A stretch of DNA of 64,000 bases from an uncultured Planctomycetota bacterium (GCA_963737655.1 CAVTTN010000002.1:6112001-6176000), one strand, 5' to 3'. Positions 31,116 through 42,052 are shown, numbered from the stretch's first letter. Notes: generated from the letters alone by a model not told the origin. A program made the numbers and translations.

Positions 31116-31721
31116 TCAGCCGGCCACCGAATCCAGGCCGAGCTCCTCCTCGACCCGGGCGATCGCCCGCGAGAGCTGCTTCCGCCGGGCCTCGGGCGTG
31201 CCGCCCATCGCGGCCGAGACGCTCACCCAGTCCATCCCCTGGGCCCGGAGCTCGGCCATCTCGCGCTCCTCGGCCGAGAGCTTCTGGCGGAAGACCTCCA
31301 GGAGCTCCCGCCGGGCGACGATCTGGCTCGGCGTCTCGGCCCGGGCCGGGGCGGCGTCCTGCCCGGGCTCGACCGTCTCGACCCGCCGGACGTCGCGACG
31401 GCCCCTCTGATGGAACCGGACCTGCTCGGCCAGCTTGTTCCGGGCCATCCCCACGAGCAACGGCACGAGCTGCCGGGGCTCCTCCAGGTCGAACTCGCCG
31501 ACGGCCGCCCGGACGAAGAAGCTGGCGAGCACGGCCTGGCAGATGTCCATCGAGTCGAAGACCCGGCGGAGCCGGGGGTTCCTCAGCCGGAGCCAGCCCC
31601 GGACCTCCAGGCGGATCTCCGGCTCGTACAGCCGGACGAGCTCCTCGGCCGCCCGGTCGTCCCCGGCCCGGACGCGGCGGATCAGGTCGGAGTAGATTTC
31701 GCCGTCGAGCGGTTGGGCCAC
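31116..31721 (-). CDS. ECF sigma factor, kinase-associated type
   Basis: 'LIRRVRAGDDRAAEELV..YEPEIR', 'DSMDICQ', 'MARNKL', 'GMDW..GGTPEARRK'. Confidence 0.88.
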   Translation of the reverse strand: MAQPLDGEIYSDLIRRVRAGDDRAAEELVRLYEPEIRLEVRGWLRLRNPRLRRVFDSMDICQAVLASFFVRAAVGEFDLEEPRQLVPLLVGMARNKLAEQVRFHQRGRRDVRRVETVEPGQDAAPARAETPSQIVARRELLEVFRQKLSAEEREMAELRAQGMDWVSVSAAMGGTPEARRKQLSRAIARVEEELGLDSVAG

Positions 31722-31824
31722 GGAGGGCGATCCTCGGTCCCGACCGGGCCCGCCCCCGACTGGGGCCGTCGGCCCGATCGTCCCCGATTGTGATCGCCCG
31801 GGGCACCGCTGTCTATCCCTTGGA

Positions 31825-31880
31825 GCAGTGGGCAGTGGGCAGTGGGCAGTGGGCAGTGGACGGAGCAGTGGGGAGTGGGC
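31825..31880. repeat. Intergenic heptamer tandem repeat (GCAGTGG)x5 plus degenerate copies
   Basis: gcagtgg x5 at 31825-31859, then gcagtgg/ggagtgg. Confidence 0.9.
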
Positions 31881-31900
31881 GGTTCCGTGCTGGTTGCGGC

Positions 31901-33009
31901 TCAGGGTTCGACTCGCTTCATTTCCCTCTGGCCGTCGCCGACCTGGAAACGGGCCCCGGAGATGGTGCCGTCGCCTTGCTTGTGGAACGTGAAGCGGCCG
32001 TCGGTCCAGGGCATGGCGAATTCGGTCTCGGAGACCGGCACGAGCTCCAGGGCGCCGGACGGAACGGGAAGGTGGCGGTCAGGTGGTCCCCTTCCCTCGC
32101 GATCTTGACCCTCGCGGCGCCCGGCTTCGAGCCCAGGAGATAGGTCCCGGCGAAGCCGTCGAGCACGGCGCCGGAGAGGGTCACGGCCTTCGGTCTCGCC
32201 GTTTGGGCCTCGGTCGGCGCGGCGCGTTCGGGCATCTCGCGGACCCAGATGTTGCGGTACTTGACCGGGTGGTCGTGGTCCTGCAAGGCGATCGGCCCCT
32301 TGCCGCCGGTGTCCTCGTACGGCAGCCACTTCAGCCAGGACGTCGGCCCGAAGGGCTCCTCGTTGTCCTGGATCAGCAGGCCGTTGTGGAACACGGTGAT
32401 CCTCGCCGCCTCCGTCAGCTTGCCCGAGGCGTCGAACCTCGGGCGGCGGAAGGCGATGTCGTAGGCTTGCCACTGGCCGGGCGGTCGCGAGGCGTTGACC
32501 AGCGGCGGATACTGGCCGTAGATCGCCCCGGCCTGGCCGTCGGCGTAGGTCTCGGCCCGGTACGAGTCGAGGACCTGGATCTCGAACAGGCCCATCAGGA
32601 AGACGCCGCTATTGCCTCGGTCCTGGCTGGTCCCCTTCGGCGGGTCGGGCGCGGCCCATTCGATGTGGAGCTGGACGTCGCCGAACTTCGCCTTGGTCTC
32701 GATCGGCCCGGTGCCCGGGGCGGTCTCCATCACGCCTTCGACGACCTTCCACCGCGCGGGCCCGCCGTCGCGGCCCTGCCAGGCGTCGAGGTTCGAGCCG
32801 TCGAAGAGGACGACGGCATCCTTCGGCGGCTTCGTCGCGACGGGCGAGTCGGCGGGCTCGACGGCCGGAGGTTTCGGGCGGCGGACGTCGTGTTGACGCC
32901 ACCGGGCCGGGGCCGGGGTCTCGGGCGCCTCGCCGGCCACGAGCAGGGCGACGGCCCCGGAGGCCGCGATCAGGCAGGCGATTCCGGCGGATCGGGAGAG
33001 GGATGGCAT
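31901..33009 (-). CDS. DUF1080 (3-keto-disaccharide hydrolase) protein with a small C-terminal domain; frameshift near 32058
   Basis: 'PPKDAVVLFDG', 'FGDVQLHIEW', 'GNSGVF', 'EIQVLDS', 'LQDHDHPVKYRNIWVR'. Confidence 0.88.
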
Positions 33010-33108
33010 GGCGACAGGGCTCCTCCGCGCGAGTGGGGACGTCCGCGACCGCGGACGTCCCCAGGATAGCAAGCGGGCCCGTCGATCCCAACCGACCCGC
33101 CTTGGGAT

Positions 33109-33792
33109 TCACGCCGTCTCGGCCGCTCCTCGGCGGCGACGACGGACGATCGCGCCGAAGGCCGTCGCCCCGATCCCCAGCAGGGCCAGCGAGCCCGGCT
33201 CCGGCACCGACCTCGTGACCAGCGCCACCGGCGGGGTGTCCAGCACCGAGACGCTCCCCGACCCCGGCGCGATCTCCAGTTGCACCAGCGGATCGACCCC
33301 GTTGCCGACCGGCAGGAGCGGGTTGAAGTCCGCGTCCAGGACGCCGAAGAAGAACGTGGTGGCGAACTCGTTCGGGTTGCCGTCGGGCGCGTTGATCGCC
33401 GCCCCGCCGAGGGTCACGTCGAACGACAGCCGGCTCCCGGCGCCGAACGTCACGTTCTCCAGCAGGTCATTCGTGATCGTGCCGTTGTCCAGCGAGAGCG
33501 TCCCGCCCGGCAGCGGGGCGGTCTGGGAGGCGTCGCCCATCGTCGTCCCGCCGAGGAACGCGATCCCCTGCTCCCGGACGTTCGCGACCGTGGCCGTCGC
33601 CTGCTGGTAGAACGCGCCGCCCGGGTTGAACTGGAAATAGATCTCGCCGGACGTCCCCGAGGCCACGGCGGTCGCATCCACGTCCACATGGTATATCAGG
33701 TCGGCCCGGGTCGGCGCCGGCAGGATCAGGAAGAGGCCCAGGACCAGGGCGGCGAGGGCCGGGGCGAAGCGGTTTGGCGTGCGGTCGTTCAT
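33109..33792 (-). CDS. PEP-CTERM sorting-domain protein (resembles the NF038129 family)
   Basis: Signal peptide '..RADLIYHVDVD..FQFNPG'; C-terminal 'VPEPGSLALLGIG..RRRRR'. Confidence 0.88.
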   Translation of the reverse strand: MNDRTPNRFAPALAALVLGLFLILPAPTRADLIYHVDVDATAVASGTSGEIYFQFNPGGAFYQQATATVANVREQGIAFLGGTTMGDASQTAPLPGGTLSLDNGTITNDLLENVTFGAGSRLSFDVTLGGAAINAPDGNPNEFATTFFFGVLDADFNPLLPVGNGVDPLVQLEIAPGSGSVSVLDTPPVALVTRSVPEPGSLALLGIGATAFGAIVRRRRRGAAETA

Positions 33793-33894
33793 CGCTCGTC
33801 TCCTTGGCATGGTCGCGTGTTGAGTTATGAAAATTCTCGATGTTTCGTCGGCCTTCGAGGCGATCCGAAGAGGGGGGTGGACCGCCGGATGGAG

Positions 33895-33966
33895 GAGTAG
33901 GTCCGACTTCAGTCGGGCCTACCGGGGAAATTCTCAAGGTAGGCCCGACTGAAGTCGGACCTACTC
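33895..33966. repeat. Inverted pair of GTAG-type REP elements
   Basis: GAGTAGGTCCGACTTCAGTCGGGCCTACC (33895-33923) and its exact reverse complement (33938-33966). Confidence 0.85.
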
Positions 33967-34009
33967 TCCCCCTCCTTCGCCGTGGGAAATCACCCCACCG
34001 GCTCGCCTC

Positions 34010-37000
34010 TCAGGAGATCGAATAGGCCCGGAGGGCGTAGTCGAAGAGGAGGCGGGCCGGGTTGCGGAAGGTCAGCGTGACGACCATCGACTGGCCCGGC
34101 GCGATCGGGGCCGGCGGGGCCACGAGGAGATAGGGCAGGCCGGCGCCGGTCGTCCCGGAGGCGTTCGCCACCGAGACCGATCCCGGCAGGCCCGCCACGA
34201 CCAGCTCGAACGGCTTCGTCAGAGGGGTTGCGGCGTTGTTCGTGATCGTGAGCTGGACGTTGTAGAGGCCGGTCCGGAAGTTGTAGAGCTGGCCTCCCCG
34301 GCGGATCGAGAGCGACGAGGAGACGTCCGGCTCGGAGGTCACCGAGGCGTCGGCCGTCGCCGTCCGGCCGGTCGGGACGTGGCTCAGGACGACCGTCGGA
34401 TGGAACAGGCCGGCGGTCAGGTAGGTGTGCGTCCCGCTCACCGAGATGACTCCCCCGGCGACCTCCACGGTCGCCGCCGCGACGCCCGAGCCGTCTCCCC
34501 AGTTGACCGTGGCCGAGTAGTCGGCCGGGGAGAAGGAGGCGCCGTCGGGGTCGGTGAAGGTGGCAAGCGTGACCGGGCCGGTCGAATCCCCCTGGAGGGC
34601 CGTGACCGAGGGCGTCGAGACGACCGTGATCGGCCGGGCCGCCGAGGCGGTCAGGGAGAACGTCGCGAGGCCCAGGGCGTCGGAGTTCGTCGTCGCCGAG
34701 ACCTGGAAGGCTCCCGCGATGGCTCCGGCGGCCAGGATCGGCGCCGAGGCGAGGCCCTGCGAATCGGTGATCGCGGAGGCCGTCGAAAGTCCTCCGAGGA
34801 ACGTCGCGGTCGCGCCCGACTCCCGGTGATCGCGGAGAACGTAACGCTTGCCCCGGCCACCGCGTTGCCGAACGCGTCGGTCACGCGGACTTCCAGAGGC
34901 GTGCCGAACGCCGACGTCACGACGGCCGATTGCGAGTTCCCCGACACGACCGAACCGGCCGCCGCCGCTCCGGCCTGGACGATCACGTTCGCCTGGGTGG
35001 CCGAGAGGCCCGCCCCGGAGTCGGTCACGGTCAGCGTCTGCGACCCGGCCGTCTTCAACGTGGCTGAGAACGTGCCGAACCCGAGGTCCAGCGAGCCGGA
35101 GGCCGGCAGGATGGCCCTCGCGTCGCCGCTGGCGAAGGTCAGGGCGTCGCGGTCGTCATAGGAGGGCTGGCCGAAGGAATCGACGGCGTTCACGGCGAAG
35201 AGCTGCGTCTGGCCGGCCGCGGTGGGTGACGGGAAGAAGACGTTCAGCCGGCTGGCCGTGGCCTGATAGGCGCCGATGTCGATCACGGTGCCGCGGGTCG
35301 CACCCCTCTGGTCGGTCCCGGGGTCGGCCGAGCCGGAGCCGCCGTCCAGGGCGAGGCTGCCGGGCCGGGGGGCGAAGGTGGGTGTCGGCCCGCCGTTGTC
35401 CTGCAACGGGCCGAGGAGCGGGTCGAGCGGGCGGTCCGGGGCCCCGAAGAAGACGGCGTCCTGGCCGTTGGTCACCCCGGTCACGCCCGAGGCCACGCCG
35501 AGCAGGTCGTTGGTGCTTCCCGGGGCGAACGTGGCGGCGGCGTCCGGGCCGTTCGAGGCGGTGTTGCCGGCGAGGATGCTGTCCCGGACCAGCGCCGGCG
35601 CGCCGAGTCCGTGTACAGCCCGCCGCCCGAGTTGGCCGAATTGCCCACGAGCGTCGATCTCAGGAGTGTCACGGAGCTGATGGCGTTGGAGTCCGGGCCG
35701 AGCGCCCGGCCGGAGATCGCCCCGCCGAGGGAGGTTCCGGCATTGTCCACGAACGTCGAGTCGCTGATCGTCGCCGACGAGCCGCCCAGCGCGGCGATCG
35801 CCCCGCCCACGATGTTCGCGAAATCGTTGTTGAAATAGCTCCGGGTCACCGTCAGGACGCCGCCGATGCCCGCCGCCGACGCCCCGCTGTCGATCGCCCC
35901 TCCATAGTTGAAGGACGTATCGCCCACGAACGTCGATTCATCGACCGAGAGCGTCCCCCCCAGGCTCGTCACGGCCGAGCCGAACAGGTCGTTGAAGGTC
36001 GATCGCTCGATCGCGACCGACGTGCCCCCGGCCGTCGCCACGATCCCCCCGGTATACGGCTGGTTGGTCGCTGGCAGGGAGCCGTGGAGGACCGCGATCG
36101 AATCGACCGCCAGGGCCGCGCCGGCATCGACGGCGATGCCCGTCGATCCCGGGGTGAAGTCGGTGTCGAGCGTCACGGCGTTGACGGTCACGTCGGCGTC
36201 GAGGCCCGCGTGGATCACGCCGTCGGGGGTCGTCGGGTTGCCCAGGATGGTGAGCTGCGAGGCCCCCGGGCCCTGGATCGTGATTTGGCCCTGGAGCGCC
36301 GGCAGGGGCGAATTCAGGGCGATCTGGCCGGTCACGGCGAACTCGATCACGAGGTCATAGAGGGCGCCGGCCTGGACCTGCCCGGCCGGCAGGGAGGACA
36401 GCGGGATCGTGCCGTCGGCCGCCTCGATCGCCTGGCGGAGCGTCAAGGAGCCGGCCGGGGGGTTGGCGTCGGCCGTCGAGTTGACGGTCAGGACGGTGGG
36501 CCGGAACGGCCCCTGGGCCTCGACGGCGCCGAGGTCGCGGCCGTCGCCGCCGGCGGCGTTCAGGCGGTCGGGGATGTCGCTGATCCGGGGGAATCCTCGC
36601 TGATCGTTCGGGTTCGCGGTGTCGGTCGAGGGGCTGGGCCCGCCCCGGTCGATGGCCGGGCTGGCGGGGGTCGGGGCCATCGTCAGCGTCGGCCCGCCGT
36701 TGTTTTGCAACGGGCCGAGGAGCGGGTCGAGCGGCGAGGCGTCGGTGCCGATCAGGTTGTTGTTGCCGAAGGCGACCAGCCCGGCCTGCCCGGTCCCGTC
36801 GCCGATCAGGTTGAAGGCGCTGGACGTACTGAAGGTGGCGGAGGCGTCGTCGGGCGAGCCGGTGGCCGAGTCCCTCGTGTTCTTCGCGACGATCGAGTCG
36901 ATCAGGGTGATCGGTTGGCCGGCGTCGCCGTAGATCCCTCCCCCGAGGGGCGAGCCGGAGTTGATGCCCGCGAGGTTGCCCACGACGGTCGAATCGGCCA

Positions 37001-37900
37001 GGGTCAGCGCGATCGAGCCGGCCGGGGAGCCGATGGCCCGGGCGGCGATCGCCCCGCCGAGGAGGTTGGCCTGGTTCTGCGTGAAGGTCGAATCGGTGAT
37101 CGACCCGCGGGCCCCGGCGTCGAGATAGACTGCGCCCCGGAGTAGTTGGCAAAGTCGTTCACGAACAGGCTGTCGGTCACGGAGAAGCCGCCGCCCTGGC
37201 CGTGGCTGTCGGCCCCGATCAGCAGGGCCCCGCCGTTGCCGCTGCTGGAGTTGTTCGAGAAGGTCGATCGCGCCACGGTCAGCGACGCCGCCCCCTGGTC
37301 GACGACCGCCGGCGCGAAGTTGCCGTCGAACGTCGAGTCCTCGACGTCCACCGTCGCTCCCTCCTGGTTTGCCAGGATCACGGCGCCGATCTGGGCGTCG
37401 CCGCCGCCCAGGCCGATCCGCGAGAAGGTGTCGTTCCGGGCGGTCAGGGAGGCATTGGCCCCCACGACGATGGCATTGGCCCCGCCGCCGCCCAGGCTCA
37501 GGCCGGAGACCTGCGTCGAGGCGCCGTCGCCGACGGTGAAGATCGTGGCCACCGTGAGGAGGTTCGGGTCGATCTTGACGTTCAGGCCGGATGCCCCGGG
37601 CCCCGTGATCGCCAGGGAGCCGGTGATCGTCGGCAGGGGCGTCTCCAGGGTGATCGCCCCGGAGACGGCGAACTGGATCACGTCGGGATGGGCCGGGTCG
37701 GTGTTGCCGTCCGCATCGGCGGCGAGCAGGGCCTGGCGGAGGGTCGTGACGTTCGCCGGGGGATTGGCGTCGGCCAGCGAGGTGACGGTGAAGGTCGTCG
37801 AGAGGACCTGGCGGACCTCCAGGGCCTCCAAGGCGGGCCGGCGCCGCGAGCGATCCTTGCGGGGCCGACCGGTTCGGTTCTCATGGCGTCTCAAGGTCAT
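34010..37900 (-). CDS. Large extracellular protein (~1,300 aa): beta-helix/polymorphic-membrane-type repeats, two choice-of-anchor Q-like domains, Ig-like domains; frameshifts near 37135, 35610 and 34825
   Basis: 'PALEALEVRQVLS', 'TVTSLAD..TLRQA', GGAI/FxxN repeats, two 'DPLLGPLQ.NGGPT..DQRG' blocks, 'VNWGDG..GTHTY'. Confidence 0.8.
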
Positions 37901-38166
37901 GGATGCGGCTCCTCCGAGGGAGACTCGGCGCGGACCCGGGGCGCCACCGCCCTGGGAGGGCGGCGCGTCGGATCGTCGGGGCCGGGCTCGCCGGCCGCTG
38001 GATGGCCTGGGGGACCGATCGCCGGGGAGGTTCCGATGCCTCCTCACTCGGCCGATCCCGGGTCCGCGGCCCGTCTCCTCGGAGGGAACATGGTCAGGAG
38101 CGGCCGGGGCCGGACAGAACTTTCCGGGAGACTCCCCGGGCCCGCCCCTCGCGAGGCCGTCTCACC

Positions 38167-39285
38167 TCATCGAGGGGCCGCTCCGCCCCACGCCTTCTTC
38201 GCGGACTCCTGGAGGGGATGCGAGCCGTCGGGCAGGCGGTCGCCGGCCACCTGCCAGAAGAAGACCCCGCGGAACCCGTTTTCCCTCGCCCATCGCGCCT
38301 TGATCGCCACCGACTCCTCGTCGTCGTAGCCGATCACCTTCGAATGGTCGGCCGCGATCAGCCACGGGTTCTTCGTCTCGGCGTCCCACTCGCGACGCCA
38401 GCCCCCCTCCTTCAACAGCCGGGCGAGGTTCGCGTAATCCCCGCCGGGGAGCCGGCCCTTCGGGGCCCCCTTCGTGGAGGCATACGGCTCGGAGACCGGG
38501 AATCCCCGGCCATACAGCGGGATTCCCACGGCCAGGCGGTCGGCCGGGATCTTCCTCTCCTCGACGAGGAACCTCATGGTCGCCTCGGTCGATCGCGCCG
38601 GCCCCTTTGGCGCCTTCGACGAGGCGAACAACGGGGAGTGGTGGCCCGCGAAGTCGGTCCAGCCGCCGGTGAAGTCGTAAGTCATGACGTTCACCCAGTC
38701 CATCGTCTCCAGGAGGAACGCCCGGTCGAGCCAGCGGAGCGTCCCGGGGTTGGCCGAGGCGGCCATCGTCAAGACCATCTTGCGATTCTTCTTCAGGCCG
38801 AGGGCGTCGAGCTCCTTGCGGAACCGCCGGCAGAGCCTCTCGAAGCCGGCGACCTCCTCGCGGGTGTCGGGATACTCCCAGTCGAAGTCGATCCCGTCGT
38901 AATCGGCCTGATCGACGAGGGCCAGCACGTCCCGGGCGAAGCGGTCCTCGGCCTCGGGCTTCGCGACGATCGCGGCGAACTGCTCATCCCAGCCCCAGCC
39001 GCCGAGCGAGATCAGGACCTTCACGCCTTTTTCATGGGCCCGGGCCGTGAGCTCCCGGCTCGGGACGCTCGCCGTCGTCTTGATCCGCCCCTCGCCGTCG
39101 GCCACGAGGAAGGCGTGGCAGAGGTGCGTATAAAGCCGGTAGTCGATCCCGCCGGTCCGGCCGAAGACGTAGCCCACGAACACCGGGTCGGCGGCCTTCG
39201 GCTCGTCCGCGAGCGACGCCGACGGCAGGACCAGGACCGAAGCGGCCATCGCGAGGACGGCCCGGCGATTTGGGGAGAGGCGCAT
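38167..39285 (-). CDS. Glycoside hydrolase family 18 (chitinase-like)
   Basis: 'ISLGGW', catalytic 'DGIDFDWEYP', 'VMTYD', 'YDDEES', 'GVFFW'; N-terminal RR signal. Confidence 0.92.
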   Translation of the reverse strand: MRLSPNRRAVLAMAASVLVLPSASLADEPKAADPVFVGYVFGRTGGIDYRLYTHLCHAFLVADGEGRIKTTASVPSRELTARAHEKGVKVLISLGGWGWDEQFAAIVAKPEAEDRFARDVLALVDQADYDGIDFDWEYPDTREEVAGFERLCRRFRKELDALGLKKNRKMVLTMAASANPGTLRWLDRAFLLETMDWVNVMTYDFTGGWTDFAGHHSPLFASSKAPKGPARSTEATMRFLVEERKIPADRLAVGIPLYGRGFPVSEPYASTKGAPKGRLPGGDYANLARLLKEGGWRREWDAETKNPWLIAADHSKVIGYDDEESVAIKARWARENGFRGVFFWQVAGDRLPDGSHPLQESAKKAWGGAAPR

Positions 39286-39368
39286 CGTTCGAACCCTTGC
39301 CGAGAGCGGGAGGGAGAGGTCTCGGGCCTCACCATAACGTCGGGCCGGCCCGGCGGCCATGCCAGGCC

Positions 39369-39854
39369 CTATCCCTTCGATCGGGCGATCGCCGCGACCT
39401 GGGCCCCGACGGCCCGGATGTAATCCTCCGGGGCGATCAGGATTTGCAGGCCCCGGGTCCCGGCGGAGACCGAGATCACCTCGAAGAGCGTGGCCGTCTC
39501 GTCGAGGTAGACCGGATACGCCTTCTTGCCGGCCAGCGCGGTCACGCCTCCCCGGATGTAGCCGGTCAGAGGCTCGACCTCCTTCAGGGGGACCGTGTCG
39601 GCCTTCTTGTCGCCAGTGGCCCGAGCGAGCGCCTTGGGGTCGAGCTCGCAATCGCCCGGGACGACCGCGAGGCAGACGCCCCCCTTGTCGCCCCGGGCCA
39701 CCAGCGTCTTGAAGACCTGCTCCGGCGGGAGCCCGATCTTCTTCGCGACCCCCTCGGCGGCGAGGTCGTCGGGATCGACCTCGTACTCCCGGAGCTCGAA
39801 CGAGACGCCCAGGCGCTCCAGGAGCCTCACGGCGTTGGTCTTCGCGGTCGCCAC
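39369..39854 (-). CDS. ybaK: Cys-tRNA(Pro) deacylase YbaK
   Basis: 'KTNAVRLL', 'VFKTLV', 'TGYIRGGVT', 'SAGTRGLQI'. Confidence 0.88.
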   Translation of the reverse strand: MATAKTNAVRLLERLGVSFELREYEVDPDDLAAEGVAKKIGLPPEQVFKTLVARGDKGGVCLAVVPGDCELDPKALARATGDKKADTVPLKEVEPLTGYIRGGVTALAGKKAYPVYLDETATLFEVISVSAGTRGLQILIAPEDYIRAVGAQVAAIARSKG

Positions 39855-39905
39855 GATCGGGCCCTCGCTCGCCCCGGAAAGGGCCCGATCCTAGCAGACC
39901 GCCGG

Positions 39906-41402
39906 CTACTTTCGGAGGAGGAGCCGGTACGCCAGGGTCTCGGCGTTGGCCACCTTCGCGGCCTCCAGGATCGCCGCGTCGCCGTCCTTGCAGTAGGAGA
40001 ACGGCTTGCCGGTCATCGGGTCGTCGGGGACCGGGACGATCGTCACCGCGTCGAGCCGCTCGGGCAGCTTGCCGCCGTCGGCCTGGGCCTGCATCCGGAT
40101 CGCCTCGATCGCGCGGAGGGCGGCCACCCGGCGATCCAGCCTCGTCGGCGCGACCTGGATCTGCACGAGGGCCGGGAAGAGCTGGCCGAAGACGTTGATG
40201 GGGCGGCCCTTCAGGGCGTTCAGCCTCTCGGTGATCCCCGGGGCCATCGCCTGGGCCTGTGGGAAGGACAGGTAGCTCATCTTGAACACGTCGTCGCGGA
40301 CCTCCCGGTATCGGTCGGCCAGGAACCGGATGATCACTTCGGCGTCGGACATCCCGGCGATCGAACCTCGCTTCGCCGTCTCATACTCCCGGGCCTCGGG
40401 CAGCACGAGGACGGCGAAGCTCGCGGGGTTCGTGCCGGCGATCCCGGAGGGGCTGTCGGCGTTGGCGACCTCCTTGTTCAGGCGGATGAGACGGGCGTGG
40501 AGCCGGGGTAGCAGGGCCTCCCATTCCCCCTCGGTCCTCGGCCGGTCGAGGTCGGTGATCTCGGGGACGAGCCATTCGCCCAGCTTCTGCTCGTTCTCCA
40601 GGGCCCCGCGGAGGTCGATCAGGGGGCGAGGCAGGGCGGTCAGGGCCCAGTAGAGGTTCGGGGCGTCGGGACGGGAGATCAGGTCCTCCACCCGGTCGAG
40701 CATCTGCATTTCCATGGCGATCCCCACGAGGCCGTTGATCACGAACGGCCCGTCGCCGACGTGACGGCCGAACGCCAGGCCGGTCTCGATCGTGCGGACG
40801 GCCCGGTCCTGCCACTGCGAGGCGGTCGAGGGCTGGCCCGCCATCGCGGCCTTGATCCGCTCCAGGCCGGTGCGGGGGGCCGCCGCCTCGGCGATCTCCA
40901 GGCGGGCCGCGACGCAGAGCAGGCGCGCCCAGGTCCTCATCTCCTGGGCGTCGGGCAGGAGGATCTCGATGGCGTTCTCCTTCTCCTCCGGCAGCGTGTA
41001 ATTCCAGTCGCACGACTTGCGGCGGGCCCCGAAATCCAGTTGCTGGAGCCGACGCGCCCATTGGTTGACGAGCTTGCGGGCCTCATCCAGGGGCAATTCC
41101 TCGATGGGCTTCTCCAGCCAGTCCGTGGCCTTCGTGTTGATGTTGGCCAGGGCGTCGGAGGGGGTCTCGGCGCCCAATCGGTTGTAGATCGGGGCGGCGT
41201 CCCCCGGCGTCCTCTCCGAGGAGAGCGGGAACAGGCGATATCGCAGGGCCGGCGACGGCGCGGCCATCGGCGAGAGCGTGAGCTCTCGCGGCTTGGGCGC
41301 CGGCGCGGCGGCCCCGGGCTTCAGCATCGATTCCTGGGCCATCACCCCAGCGGGCCAGGCCGTCAGCACGAGGCTGGCGACGACGATTCGGGCGGCATGC
41401 AT
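39906..41402 (-). CDS. Secreted planctomycete hypothetical protein (helical)
   Basis: Signal peptide; coding-like composition; 'PNLYWAL', 'PDDPMTGKPFSY'. Confidence 0.75.
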   Translation of the reverse strand: MHAARIVVASLVLTAWPAGVMAQESMLKPGAAAPAPKPRELTLSPMAAPSPALRYRLFPLSSERTPGDAAPIYNRLGAETPSDALANINTKATDWLEKPIEELPLDEARKLVNQWARRLQQLDFGARRKSCDWNYTLPEEKENAIEILLPDAQEMRTWARLLCVAARLEIAEAAAPRTGLERIKAAMAGQPSTASQWQDRAVRTIETGLAFGRHVGDGPFVINGLVGIAMEMQMLDRVEDLISRPDAPNLYWALTALPRPLIDLRGALENEQKLGEWLVPEITDLDRPRTEGEWEALLPRLHARLIRLNKEVANADSPSGIAGTNPASFAVLVLPEAREYETAKRGSIAGMSDAEVIIRFLADRYREVRDDVFKMSYLSFPQAQAMAPGITERLNALKGRPINVFGQLFPALVQIQVAPTRLDRRVAALRAIEAIRMQAQADGGKLPERLDAVTIVPVPDDPMTGKPFSYCKDGDAAILEAAKVANAETLAYRLLLRK

Positions 41403-41451
41403 CGGCGAATTCCTCCAAAACGACGGGAAACGGAGTCAGTGGATGGACGAT

Positions 41452-41549
41452 GCCGGGTGGCATGCCCACGAAGCCGTGGGCATGGCTTCGATCGCGGTCC
41501 TGGGTCCATCCGAAGACATGCCCACGAAGACGTGGGCATGCCACCCGGC
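41452..41549. repeat. Inverted pair of REP-like palindromes (second family)
   Basis: GCCGGGTGGCATGCCCACG...CGTGGGCATGCCACCCGGC; each unit has an internal hairpin CATGCCCACG-N4-CGTGGGCATG. Confidence 0.8.
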
Positions 41550-41587
41550 CCCGATCTTTCGAGGTCGGGAGAGGCCCTCGAACGGGT

Positions 41588-42052
41588 TCAAAGATCGACG
41601 AGCCCTCCCGGCCTCCGGGCGCTCAGGGGCGAGAGCGGCGGCTCGGGGTTCGATGGGGTTCGGACGGTCGGGGGCGGGGCGGGTTGGGCGTCGCTGGGGC
41701 CCGATCGCCATTGCTGGGTCAGTCTCAGGTAGCTGCTCGGGTCCGGTTCGGCGATCGGAAGAGGCCGGATCGGCTCCGAAGCCGGCTCGGGGGCCTTCGT
41801 GACGATCACGTCCCGAACTGCCCCCGGCCTCCCGACGATCCGGACCATCGCCGCGACGTTCGCCGCCACGAGCAGGACGGCCAGGGCCGAGGCGACCCGC
41901 CAGCGGACGGCCGATTCGGCCCTGGCTGCCGCTCGGCCCGCCTCGAAGAGCATGCGGTCCCGGTCCAGCCTCGGGGCCGAGGGGGACCAGCCGGCCAGGC
42001 GTCGTTCCAGGTCGTTCAGGGGCCCTTCGGGGCCAGGTCCGTGAGGGGACAT
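41588..42052 (-). CDS. Single-TM hypothetical protein, candidate anti-sigma factor
   Basis: 'LNDLERRLAGWSP..DRDRMLFEAG' followed by one TM; overlaps the 3' end of the ECF sigma gene. Confidence 0.65.
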   Translation of the reverse strand: MSPHGPGPEGPLNDLERRLAGWSPSAPRLDRDRMLFEAGRAAARAESAVRWRVASALAVLLVAANVAAMVRIVGRPGAVRDVIVTKAPEPASEPIRPLPIAEPDPSSYLRLTQQWRSGPSDAQPAPPPTVRTPSNPEPPLSPLSARRPGGLVDL

